From TPA_inf: Saccharomyces (Eukaryota), in contig BK006945.2 in the NCBI GenBank assembly GCA_000146045.2, positions 864,001 to 928,000 on the forward strand: a DNA stretch of 64,000 nt, in the 5' to 3' direction. Under the pieces are notes generated by a model. It worked only from the letters and a program-made list of their open reading frames with translations, searched no databases and was not told where the DNA came from. Positions 33,673 to 43,078 of this stretch are shown here, in pieces (the first letter of the stretch is position 1; every line of letters starts with the position of its first letter). Both the position numbers and the translations under genes were made by a program.

Positions 33673-34650
33673 CTTTCAAAATGTAAATTCTGCTGTTTTT
33701 AAGCTGCTATAACCCAATAATGATAAGGTGATTGTAAGATGAATTGTACAACTGTGTTGCCACCGTCTTGTGACTATTGCATATGACTAAGTCGTTTTAT
33801 TCTCTTTCGTGAGTGGCAATTTTGAAGAAACGACCCAAAAAAAAAGGACAGAATTCTACAACACCTGTACCTCCAAAAAACCCATTTCTTTTCTGTTTTT
33901 ACTGAATTGTAATTCGCGCTTGTCTATTCGTCATTCTGAAAAATTTCACGCAAAACAACTGATGACAGATCTTGACCATAGCATAGCATGAAGGTGCAGG
34001 AACATGAGGCAGGAGCACCCTACGGGGCACCGCGAAAATAGCTGTGTGAAAGTGCTATGCGATACACATATAATTAATGGTTATTAGATGCGCGCATTTA
34101 ACATTTTCCCTAACTCAAGTAATAGCTGAAATACCACGAACAAAAGTGTAAATTAGGGTATGTACCAAGTTCTATTCGAATTTAAAGGTTATGAGGTACA
34201 GGAAGGCTGAAAAATGAAAACTTCGAGATGAAATAATCCACGTCGAAAGTAATGCTGAAAACACAAGTAGCTCTGGATTCAAATCATAAGGACGTACAGA
34301 AGTGTTGCTGACAAATCGCTTCTTTTTGATATTAGAATTTCATTCAATGAACAACGGATTGAAGAATTGTCGTGTCGACAGGATTGTACATTTTACCAGG
34401 ACTGAGGAATGAATTCAACGGCTTTGCCGAACAAATCACGGCATAACCTGCAGAATAACATAACAACATAGCGCTTATTATCATTGCGTATGCTGGCTGA
34501 AACGAACCTTTCACTGAATCAGCTCATATCGCATGGACGGAATAACAGGTATAAAAAATCCACGAGTTATCAACCTCATTCTCTTTAAAATTGGAATCCA
34601 ATCAACCGAATTCATTTGTACTAACAACGTTTCCTATTATTGCAGATAAA

Positions 34651-34821
34651 ATGGCTCACGAAAACGTCTGGTTCTCTCACCCAAGAAGATACGGTAAAGG
34701 CTCCCGTCAATGTCGTGTTTGTTCTTCCCACACCGGTTTGATCAGAAAGTACGGCTTAAACATCTGTCGTCAATGTTTCAGAGAAAAAGCTAACGACATT
34801 GGTTTCAACAAATTCAGATAA
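34651..34821 (+). CDS. RPS29A: 40S ribosomal protein S29 (uS14), 56 aa
   Basis: [56 protein letters not shown] is the zinc-binding uS14 sequence. The ORF-track extension [20 protein letters not shown] is not part of the protein. Confidence 0.95.
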
Positions 34822-35049
34822 GCCATCATAAATAAACAATGACGAATATATAAATACTATATGTATACATATATCAAACTGCCTTTGTACTTTTTATGGT
34901 CCTATTGCTCCCCGAATCTTTAGATCCTATATGTGCTCTTGAGTATCGTTGGAGGATTCGTCAACTCGAGGTACGAGATATGCTTTGTCTCTTCCTTGTA
35001 TTCGCTTGCTGATATTCCGTACCCTAGATTTCTTACTTTCGAAATACAT

Positions 35050-35057
35050 TACCCGGA
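35050..35057. promoter_or_regulatory. Reb1 site TTACCCGG about 125 bp upstream of the putative snoRNA 5' end
   Basis: This is an exact Reb1 core. Reb1 sites combined with a TATA box are typical of independently transcribed yeast snoRNA genes. Confidence 0.45.
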
Positions 35058-35099
35058 TCAATTCCATTATTTTCGCCTTTCAAAAAATTTCCCGGTTGT

Positions 35100-35107
35100 A
35101 TAAAAAG
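35100..35107 (+). promoter_or_regulatory. TATA box TATAAAAA about 75 bp upstream of the putative snoRNA 5' end
   Basis: Canonical TATAAA. Its spacing to the predicted RNA start fits the yeast Pol II TATA-to-TSS range. Confidence 0.45.
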
Positions 35108-35179
35108 GCAGGACTTCGACAGTCAACAACAATTTTGAGTATATTTACCACATTTTTTCTGATTTTTTTTTAAGAGGGT

Positions 35180-35382
35180 GAATCAAAAATTTATTTTTTA
35201 CACGGAAACGATGCCACAGTTGACTGAACCTGTCTTCTAACAGTAGTTAATTGCCAGTATTTCAAACAAGATTTGAAATACGAGTTTCCCAGAATAATTT
35301 ATTTGGACAGGATAGGAAGTCCGATTTCTGTGTTGTCTCAAACGAGGCGATAGAATTGGGATGTCGAAGAAAGTCTACATTA
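35180..35382 (+). ncRNA. SNR34: H/ACA box snoRNA, snR34-like (guides 25S rRNA pseudouridylation); boundaries approximate
   Basis: This region lacks a long ORF. A 3' ACA trinucleotide sits exactly 3 nt from the proposed 3' end (..GTCTACATTA). A short stem (TGGAC/GTCTA) closes immediately before the ACA. An internal H-box candidate (AAACAAGA) separates two hairpin regions. Reb1 and TATA elements lie upstream. I recall snR34 mapping between RPS29A and STE23. Confidence 0.55.
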
Positions 35383-35576
35383 CTCATATATTTACGTACT
35401 GTCTCTTGCAGGTAAAAAGTCTTGAAGATCAGTTTCAATATTGAAACTAACAAATTTAGTTAGTTTCTGTACTTAGTCCGAGGTATGTATGCTAAGATTA
35501 GAGGATGGTAAAAAAATCAGCTATGAAAATACATGTACGTACGTTGTCGTGCAACACAACCCCTTCACTTTCTATT

Positions 35577-38500
35577 TCACTCTGATTCAGAACTATTATT
35601 CAGCTTAGGAGGCGCGGAAATCTCGAAGTCTTTCATTGGTTGACGAACGGGAGCTACAAACAGCGTCGACTTGAATGCCCCGACATCTTCGATCAACTGG
35701 CCAGTTGGATACTTAGCGGTGTCCAATTCATTTTCATTGAGCTCTTTGTTTTCCACTTGAGATTTCAAATGTAGAATCAACTTCGATGCGTTCTCGCTCA
35801 TTATATAATTCTCATAAAAATCTATCATTTGCTGCTTTGTAATGTTAGCAACGAGCTTAGCCTTTTTTTGACGATGTGTGAAATTGTAATCACCTAAGTA
35901 AATTGCTGCTGTGTATCTGGCGCTTTCCTCGGCCATATTCTTGAATTTTTGCAATAGACTGTTGCATAACGCCTCTTTGTGTTTTTCAAAGTCCTCTTCT
36001 GGCATATCCCTCAAAACCTGGCCAAAAGTTTCATAAAAATTGTTTATTCTCCATTCTAGATATGGCGTGGTATGTTCTGACTGAATCAAGATCCTAATGT
36101 TCGCTGTACCGTGATTGTTCAAACTCGAACTAAAAACAACGTAGCCCAATTGCTCTTTTGTTCTTAAGGTATCAAAACATGGCTCGTGAATCAATTGCGC
36201 AAATAATCCGCTGAGGGCAGATAGGTCTTCTGAATAGACATCTAGCTGGGTGACATGTTGAATACATGAGTTAACATTCTGGGAGTCTTTCAAAGCAGTT
36301 TCATATCTGAAAGTTTTGCCTTTAGGAAGTAAGTAGGATCTCAACCGGTTGTTAGAAACCTGCAGATTATGAATGTTGTTTGGAATCAAAGACTTGATCA
36401 GAGAATCCACCTCCAATGCTTCTTCATGTTTTATGTTTCCGTGGATTAAAGTTTCAAAATAAACGCCTTCGTAAATGGTGGGTATGAAGTTGATCAATTG
36501 TTCAAAGGTCAATTTTTCAAAGACTTGTAATTTTTCTGCAGTTGACCAAGAACGTTCATTTATTATAGCATTGTAGTAATTCGACATTTGTGAATAAGGA
36601 ACTTCATATAAAAGGTTTTTCAAGTGACGTATGGTCTTATCTTTCAAAATCTCAAAACGATCCTTCTTAGGTTCGAATGAATTAACGCCTTGTAAAAACC
36701 TTGTTAATAGAATGATCAATTTTTCGTTGAACCCAGACGCGGTAATGGCGAGGCCTTGATTAGTTTTATTGAATGATATACGAAGATCGGCACAAGCAGC
36801 ATCATATTGTACATCTTTCAAGGCATCGTTGGCCAGCTGAGTGTATAGCGTAGAAAGCATACTATTAATGATGCTTGCATGCGTATGTGGAAGTTTAAAA
36901 GACAAGTAAATGTAGCCTCGTGGTTGCCAGAATCGGTCGTCCTTCTTGTACCATAATTTGCTGACGTCATCGGATAATAACAAAACAGGTTCATCTAATG
37001 GTTTTATACCGTCAATTTTATCAACCTTGAAATTTGTTGAAACGAATTCATTTGGACGTGGCAAAGTCAGAGCAGGGTTCAAACCTGGCGATTTCATGTT
37101 TTTTATTAAATCTGCCGGATAATCTACCACTTTATACGCAGTACCATACCATTTTTCAGCAGAATCTGTTTCTAAACTCCTTGAGATCAGAGTAACACGA
37201 GAATTTTCCGGGACCAGAGCGTCCGTATATTGGGTAAGCAAATCAGGTTCATATTTCGTTAACAAACCCATGGCTAAAATTCTGCTAACAGGAATGTAAT
37301 CCTTTTCCAAGCATTTTGCCAATGATGAAACTGTGGAAGATGGGCTACCAGCTTGCTTAAACTTGAAGGTAGCATTAGAGATATCTTGCAGTTCATTGAA
37401 TATCCATTTTTGAGGTAGTGAGTTTTTCAACATTTCAATATACTGGAAGATCAAGACAATAACATCGCGATAGTGTGTCAACCCGTTGTCTGTTAAATCT
37501 ATATCGACAGCAAAAAAAGCATTTCCTTTGGACACAGTATGCCCACCAGCAGATAGCTCATTGGCCCAGCCCAATTTTTTCAAATGTGCTAGTAATGAAC
37601 CGGACCCTTCATGGCCGATTAAATGACTTAATATCCTCGGTGGCTTGGACTCCCAATGTTCCTCCATATCAGGGACAGTGAAAGAGATTTCTAGTTTTTT
37701 CAAATCTTTCACAGGACGGACTTGAATTATTTTTTGCAAATGCTCAGGCTGCATAATAGGTTCCGCATAAAGGGGTACTTCACGACCGTTATTGGCTACA
37801 TCCTTGAAGAGATCATAAGTCCAATCAGAGAGAGTATCAAGGTCTTCTCTACCAAGAATACATAGCTTCATTAGGTTAGCGGAGTAAAAATTCTTATGGA
37901 ATTTTAACAGTTCATCTCTAACATTTAGTCCATTTTCCTTTGGCAATGTGCCCAAAGTTTCGATGTTTCCTGTAGAAAATTTGTGATATGGATGTTTTGT
38001 ATTGGTCAAAGACTTGTCTAATTGGTAAATTCTCCAAATATCATTCTGTAAGTTCTTTTTGTTTTCGCTGTTAACGGCGTTGATCTCTTTATCAGTAGAG
38101 TCCTTGTTGAAAAGAGGACAAGAGAAAAACCCTGAAAACCTGTCTAGCGCACCAAATAAATGTTGGTGATTAACCTCAAAAAAATAATTTGTGTTTTGCG
38201 ATGCTGTGTAGGCATTGGATGAACCACCGTGCTTGCTTAAATAGCTCGAGTATTCGTTTTCGTCTGGAAATTTCTCAGAGCCCATGAATAAAAGATGCTC
38301 GCAGAAATGCGCCAATCCAGGTAGGTTCTTTGGATCTTCAAAGGCGCCAATATTGACGTCTAGCGACGCTGCTGCTTTATCTGCTTTTGGGTCCTGGATC
38401 AACAGAGCCTTCAGCTTATTAGGTAGCTCAATAAACCGATACGATCTTTCGTCTAAATCCGGCTTTAAAAAGTCCAGATTGAATGTCTTAAAATTGGATG

Positions 38501-38660
38501 TCATATTATAAGGATTTGTTGTGTAATAGCGTGATAAGCACGTGAATGGCTTGAAGCGTCTTACGGTGAAATTGAGACTGATAGGTGAGAGGTGAACCAA
38601 TTGAGTGAGGAGTGGTTTAGTTACAAATGCAGAAGAAGAAGCTAAAAGAGATACGCCCAT
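35577..38660 (-). CDS. STE23: M16-family metalloprotease (insulin-degrading-enzyme homolog, a-factor processing), 1027 aa
   Basis: The inverted zinc motif HxxEH (HFCEHLLFMGSEKF) and the M16 inactive domains are present. Starting at the second Met (MGVSLL...) gives 1027 aa. The first in-frame ATG is 24 codons upstream at 38732 and may be the true start. Confidence 0.88.
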   Translation of the reverse strand: MGVSLLASSSAFVTKPLLTQLVHLSPISLNFTVRRFKPFTCLSRYYTTNPYNMTSNFKTFNLDFLKPDLDERSYRFIELPNKLKALLIQDPKADKAAASLDVNIGAFEDPKNLPGLAHFCEHLLFMGSEKFPDENEYSSYLSKHGGSSNAYTASQNTNYFFEVNHQHLFGALDRFSGFFSCPLFNKDSTDKEINAVNSENKKNLQNDIWRIYQLDKSLTNTKHPYHKFSTGNIETLGTLPKENGLNVRDELLKFHKNFYSANLMKLCILGREDLDTLSDWTYDLFKDVANNGREVPLYAEPIMQPEHLQKIIQVRPVKDLKKLEISFTVPDMEEHWESKPPRILSHLIGHEGSGSLLAHLKKLGWANELSAGGHTVSKGNAFFAVDIDLTDNGLTHYRDVIVLIFQYIEMLKNSLPQKWIFNELQDISNATFKFKQAGSPSSTVSSLAKCLEKDYIPVSRILAMGLLTKYEPDLLTQYTDALVPENSRVTLISRSLETDSAEKWYGTAYKVVDYPADLIKNMKSPGLNPALTLPRPNEFVSTNFKVDKIDGIKPLDEPVLLLSDDVSKLWYKKDDRFWQPRGYIYLSFKLPHTHASIINSMLSTLYTQLANDALKDVQYDAACADLRISFNKTNQGLAITASGFNEKLIILLTRFLQGVNSFEPKKDRFEILKDKTIRHLKNLLYEVPYSQMSNYYNAIINERSWSTAEKLQVFEKLTFEQLINFIPTIYEGVYFETLIHGNIKHEEALEVDSLIKSLIPNNIHNLQVSNNRLRSYLLPKGKTFRYETALKDSQNVNSCIQHVTQLDVYSEDLSALSGLFAQLIHEPCFDTLRTKEQLGYVVFSSSLNNHGTANIRILIQSEHTTPYLEWRINNFYETFGQVLRDMPEEDFEKHKEALCNSLLQKFKNMAEESARYTAAIYLGDYNFTHRQKKAKLVANITKQQMIDFYENYIMSENASKLILHLKSQVENKELNENELDTAKYPTGQLIEDVGAFKSTLFVAPVRQPMKDFEISAPPKLNNSSESE

Positions 38661-39065
38661 ACAGAGCAATATCAAAATGAGCAAGAATGAGGTCTTCCGA
38701 ATGGTTGGTTCTGACTTACTATTTGATTTCACTTTCTCTGATTCATTCAGGAAGAAAAGGGCGAAGTCCTCGAAATGAAAATTTCAACATCATTAACAGA
38801 CCGGCGCGCGCCTTTACAATTTAGTATGTACGCCACCAATAAAAGCTGCTTAAACAATAAGCTAGAAAGCCCAAAGGGTGTTAAATAGTACAGCGAACCC
38901 TTCAGCAACGGTACATCAACAACCCCTTGAAAAGAATAGAGACAATACAGCTACAGTCATCCCCTTCTCTTGTATTTTTGGCCACAATTGATTGTATTAC
39001 ATCATATTTTGCCTGTGCGCTTCTTCTATCTTTTCCGCATAAACTAGGGGAAACGCGATGAAGAA

Positions 39066-39404
39066 ATGGATTGGCTGAAAAATACAACAATTGTAGTGTT
39101 ATTCAGTCATTCAACTGACAAAAGTAACAAACACAAGAAACGTCAAGTCCAGTGCAATATGCGAAAGAACACTTTAGATATGGTCACTATAGGTATCGCA
39201 TGCCTTGTGGGAGTCTACACGGGCACGAGATTTTTCGAGCCCATTGTTATCGATAGATTGCGTAAGGATGGAAACTTGAGAACGGACATTCCCATCCCAG
39301 AATACGACGAGGACGGAAATCTGTTAAAGGTCACGCCGTCTTTATCATCCACACCAGCTGCACCACCTACACCACCTACACCTCCTACTCCACCACAACA
39401 GTAA
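39066..39404 (+). CDS. ECM19: Small single-TM protein with a C-terminal PTPP repeat, 112 aa
   Basis: The 112-aa ORF has one hydrophobic segment (MVTIGIACLVGVYTGT) and a C-terminal (PPTPPTPPTPPQQ) repeat. Its position matches YLR390W. Confidence 0.75.
   Translation: MDWLKNTTIVVLFSHSTDKSNKHKKRQVQCNMRKNTLDMVTIGIACLVGVYTGTRFFEPIVIDRLRKDGNLRTDIPIPEYDEDGNLLKVTPSLSSTPAAPPTPPTPPTPPQQ
39362..39391 (+). repeat. Imperfect 9-bp tandem repeat (CCACCTACA x3) encoding the PTPPTPPTPP tail of ECM19
   Basis: Read directly: caccacctacaccacctacacctcctactcc. Confidence 0.7.
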
Positions 39405-39490
39405 GGAAGCGTACTAGAAAATACCTCTATACTTTCTTTTCCTGTATATAGCATCAATAGTAAAGCCATTATAACGTTACAAAAACCTAT

Positions 39491-39498
39491 TACCCGGA
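39491..39498. promoter_or_regulatory. Reb1 site TTACCCGG about 225 bp upstream of the CCW14 ATG
   Basis: Exact Reb1 core. Confidence 0.4.
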
Positions 39499-39505
39499 AA
39501 ATTAC

Positions 39506-39515
39506 TATTTATAGA
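39506..39515. promoter_or_regulatory. Rlm1 (cell-wall-integrity MADS factor) site CTATTTATAG about 210 bp upstream of the CCW14 ATG
   Basis: A perfect match to CTA(W)4TAG. CCW14 encodes a cell-wall protein, which fits the CWI regulon. Confidence 0.5.
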
Positions 39516-39723
39516 AGCATTGGACCCATGCACCACATGCATTAGGACCCATTATTTCTTTTTTACAATTTTTCCGTTAATTTTTCACGAATTTTTCACC
39601 GTTTATAAACACTCTCGAACTTATAAACAAAGGGATGATAAATAGATTTCGCCAGTTGTTAATACACACAGGGTCAAAGCTCACAGCACTACTACACTCG
39701 TTCAACACTCGTTATATATTATC

Positions 39724-40440
39724 ATGCGTGCCACCACTTTATTATCTTCAGTCGTTTCTTTGGCATTGTTGTCGAAGGAAGTCTTAGCAACACCTCCAGC
39801 TTGTTTATTGGCCTGTGTTGCGCAAGTCGGCAAATCCTCTTCCACATGTGACTCTTTGAATCAAGTCACCTGTTACTGTGAACACGAAAACTCCGCCGTC
39901 AAGAAATGTCTAGACTCCATCTGCCCAAACAATGACGCTGATGCTGCTTATTCTGCTTTCAAGAGTTCTTGTTCCGAACAAAATGCTTCATTGGGCGATT
40001 CCAGCAGCAGTGCCTCCTCATCCGCTTCTTCATCCAGCAAGGCCTCTTCTTCTACCAAGGCTTCTTCCAGTAGCGCTTCCTCCTCTACCAAGGCTTCTTC
40101 CAGTAGCGCTTCCTCCTCTACTAAAGCTTCTTCCAGCAGCGCTGCCCCATCTTCTAGCAAGGCTTCTTCCACCGAATCCTCTTCTTCCTCTTCTTCTTCC
40201 ACCAAGGCTCCTTCCAGTGAAGAATCCTCTTCCACTTATGTCTCTTCGAGCAAGCAAGCTTCCTCCACTAGCGAGGCTCACTCTTCCAGTGCTGCCTCTT
40301 CGACCGTGTCCCAAGAAACAGTCTCCTCTGCTCTACCAACTTCTACCGCCGTTATTTCTACTTTCTCTGAAGGTTCTGGTAATGTTCTAGAGGCAGGAAA
40401 ATCCGTTTTCATTGCTGCTGTTGCCGCTATGTTAATCTAA
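39724..40440 (+). CDS. CCW14: Covalently linked, GPI-type cell-wall glycoprotein with a CFEM domain and a Ser-rich repeat region, 238 aa
   Basis: It has an N-terminal signal peptide, an 8-Cys CFEM-like domain (PACLLACVAQ...CYCEH...CLDSICP), about 60% Ser in the TKASSSSASSS repeats, and a C-terminal hydrophobic GPI signal (VFIAAVAAMLI). Confidence 0.9.
   Translation: MRATTLLSSVVSLALLSKEVLATPPACLLACVAQVGKSSSTCDSLNQVTCYCEHENSAVKKCLDSICPNNDADAAYSAFKSSCSEQNASLGDSSSSASSSASSSSKASSSTKASSSSASSSTKASSSSASSSTKASSSSAAPSSSKASSTESSSSSSSSTKAPSSEESSSTYVSSSKQASSTSEAHSSSAASSTVSQETVSSALPTSTAVISTFSEGSGNVLEAGKSVFIAAVAAMLI
40053..40151 (+). repeat. 33-bp tandem repeat, about 3 copies, encoding TKASSSSASSS units inside CCW14
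   Basis: accaaggcttcttccagtagcgcttcctcctct repeats at 40053, 40086 and (diverged) 40119. Confidence 0.85.
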
Positions 40441-40748
40441 TTATCTATCACTTTATTTCTAATGGGTTAAGGTATCTATCTTTTATATTTCTTATTTCCT
40501 CTTCTTATATGATGCGGATGATTTTATTTCTTCAAAAAACATTTTAAAACTCCTCTTTATTTCGTTATGTTCCAGTTCACTACGACTTCTTTTCTCTTAA
40601 AGAGCAAATAAAAGTATATAAATCTATATTAAATGAAAATCAAAAAAATATTTTTTCGATCAGCTCCTTGTTCTTTTCATTTCAAAGTTTTTTACATTGT
40701 TACACATGTGCATGAATATATATGTTTGCAGAATATTTTTGGCGACGC

Positions 40749-42305
40749 TTAACTCGCCATTTCAGTATATGTCGGTGGCGGTACATATCTGGGCAGAGCT
40801 TCAGCTTCAACGTGCTCTCTAACTTGACAAAAGATCTGAACAGGATCAATGTTTACTTCAGATTGCTTCCTAATTCCATTGATTCCCCATTCTATCAGTA
40901 GCTGTAAACTGAATGTTCTTTTTATCGTGCATGTCTTGAAACTATACAACCTATTGCCGCGATGTCTATAGTCTTCTTCATTAAATACCAACTTTCTTAA
41001 AATGGGGTGATCCTTTAACCGTAATTCACATTCAAACATAGAACCATCAAAATTTTCTCGTATTTCGTTTAAGTCCAAAAGAGGTTTATTGGATTTGAGC
41101 TGATTCAAATCAATCTCGATTAGCTTCAAAGAAGAGTAATTGCCGTTCGCTATTCCCTGAGATAAATATGTTGTAGTCTCTAGCAAGTTCAGTTGTAGTT
41201 TAAGTGGGGTAATTTGCATTTTGCTCAAACTTGCTATATTCCCCTCCATGACTACATAGACCTTGTCAAAATTTTGGCTGCCAGACCTAAACAAGTAGTC
41301 TTTCCTGTATATTTGCTTCAAATCTCGACTTCTAACCTCTATTCTCATATTGCTTTCCCCATCAGGCAACCCCATTTTATAAGTAGATGGGAAAACTTTC
41401 ATACCATTTACTAGGCGAGTAGATTGTCTTGTTGATGTGACTGATGATACCGGTCTCGATCTAATGTCGCCGTTTTCTATCAATATAGAATTAGCTTGAG
41501 AAAAGTTCCTGTCACTTTTTATATATCCGACTCCATTAACGACTTTGACGTCCTTTGATGGCACCTTTAAATTTGAACTATTGAAAAATTCATTGTTGGT
41601 GACCATACTATTTCCTCTACTATTGTTACTGAAGGCATTAAGTTCTTCATTGTCATCTTCATCAGGTTCTATAATAAGATCTTTTGGCTCAGGTATAAAT
41701 TCGAACGTCTCGATTTCCCTTATCAGTTTATGGAATGGCTTAAACCAAGATGAAGATTTCCCTAGCTCTAATTGAACTTGCACCATATATATAACTTTTC
41801 CAAAAGAGTAAAAATACAAATCCAGATTATCGATTTTATTAAATTCTTGCCAATGACTATTGAACGTAGGTGGGAGTCGGGCATTACTTCTTGTCACAAA
41901 CGCTACTGTCTTTGCCGTATGATTTTTCAGACATTCAGGCTTTCTGGGAAACTTGTCAAATTGAAAGCTATAATTATATGAACCTGGTTTAACTTTGAAC
42001 GGCTTGGAGGAGCCATCAAGAGCATTCCATACATTATCTGGAGGGAAAACTCTCTGTTCGAATTTCATTAATGTATGAAAGGATTTGTTGTCTTGGCCCG
42101 GCATCATCATGCCATTCTGTTGAAACATGTACTCTTGATCAATTTTTGTTAAGGTCTCTGAGAATCCTTTTAGAATGACGGAAATTTTCCTTATAGATAG
42201 CGCTTTTGTTAACTGAAGACTAACTATCCCTGACATTTGATCATTAGAGCTATAAAACTCCCCGTTGTACGGTGGGTTTAAGGATATTGAAATTTTTGGA
42301 GCCAT
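40749..42305 (-). CDS. ART10: Arrestin-related trafficking adaptor, 518 aa
   Basis: The 518-aa ORF has a predicted N-terminal arrestin-like beta-sandwich and a PPxY-type motif near the C-terminus (PRYVPPPTYTEMAS). Its length and position match YLR392C. Confidence 0.82.
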   Translation of the reverse strand: MAPKISISLNPPYNGEFYSSNDQMSGIVSLQLTKALSIRKISVILKGFSETLTKIDQEYMFQQNGMMMPGQDNKSFHTLMKFEQRVFPPDNVWNALDGSSKPFKVKPGSYNYSFQFDKFPRKPECLKNHTAKTVAFVTRSNARLPPTFNSHWQEFNKIDNLDLYFYSFGKVIYMVQVQLELGKSSSWFKPFHKLIREIETFEFIPEPKDLIIEPDEDDNEELNAFSNNSRGNSMVTNNEFFNSSNLKVPSKDVKVVNGVGYIKSDRNFSQANSILIENGDIRSRPVSSVTSTRQSTRLVNGMKVFPSTYKMGLPDGESNMRIEVRSRDLKQIYRKDYLFRSGSQNFDKVYVVMEGNIASLSKMQITPLKLQLNLLETTTYLSQGIANGNYSSLKLIEIDLNQLKSNKPLLDLNEIRENFDGSMFECELRLKDHPILRKLVFNEEDYRHRGNRLYSFKTCTIKRTFSLQLLIEWGINGIRKQSEVNIDPVQIFCQVREHVEAEALPRYVPPPTYTEMAS

Positions 42306-43078
42306 GGTTTGACAAACTGTATGGTTCTCAACCTTCTCTAATCAAAAGCAGAATCTTAAATATAAACACTCACAGAATATCCGTTGGTCAATGAAGTAAT
42401 TCTCCTTTGTACTGGCTGCTTTTTCTCCTCTAGTTTATGTAATTCTACTTTTGGATGGGTGCGACTGCTTTTAATTGATTGAGTGGCGGTGTTAGAAGGG
42501 CTGTAGAGTCGAAGGCTTGTTTCTCTCTTACGCACCTCTTGTGAAAAGGGCGTGCACCTTCCCCAGGACCCTCTCTCACCCTCAACCCGCATTTTGCTGA
42601 GAATTTTCACCAAGGCCCTAGGTGATATTAGATTCCACCTGACTAATTGCATTACAGCCGACCCAAGGCAATATCAGTTTAATAAAATATCATGTATCTC
42701 ACCCTCTTCTTGGTATTAGTAAAGAGACGCCTGATCTTGTAACAGTGGTGAAGATTGTACTAGAGCAGAATCAAGAATTTAAAAAGTGTAAAGGCAAGGC
42801 AGAGGCGATGTACATAAAACTTCGAAGTAAGAAATATTTAATAGTTCTCGCCACATCACTATGCAGCTATATAAAAACTACTATAAACGTTTGTTTTGTT
42901 CCTTACGCACAATATCCTTGCCTAGAAATCGTTTTTGAAATTTAAATTTTTATTACCATTTATTTGATTCGCCTTCAGAAAAATATGGAAGAGTGCATAT
43001 TTAAAAAGGACTATTTCAGCATATAGTAAAAGTCAGGTTATTTGTTTATTTGCGATATCAGAGTAACTTAAACTAACT

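Noticed and set aside
33800-33860. Rap1-like sequence (ACACCTGTACCTC) and an A9 tract upstream of RPS29A
   Set aside because: It shows only partial similarity to the ACACCCRYACAYM Rap1 consensus (two or more mismatches at core positions). It is not strong enough to call, though its position would fit the intron-shifted promoter hypothesis.
34591-34650. 20-codon N-terminal extension ([20 protein letters not shown]) on the RPS29A ORF
   Set aside because: uS14 proteins start at MAHENVWF. The extension is an in-frame read-through of the 5' region and in fact contains the TACTAAC branch-point-like sequence.
39932-40390. Three long overlapping ORFs (152 aa +, 95 aa -, 94 aa -) within CCW14
   Set aside because: They are generated by the Ser-codon (TCT/TCC/AGC) tandem repeat, which is open in several frames. 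Their translations are pure low-complexity sequence (poly-Leu/Pro, poly-Glu, poly-Arg/Gly). They are artefacts of the repeat, not genes.
42356-42652. 98-aa minus-strand ORF in the ART10/ATP10 intergenic region, in a locally GC-richer stretch
   Set aside because: It has no recognisable motifs and basic/low-complexity composition. It sits where the ART10 promoter should be. I cannot support it as a gene, though a short upstream transcript cannot be excluded without expression data.
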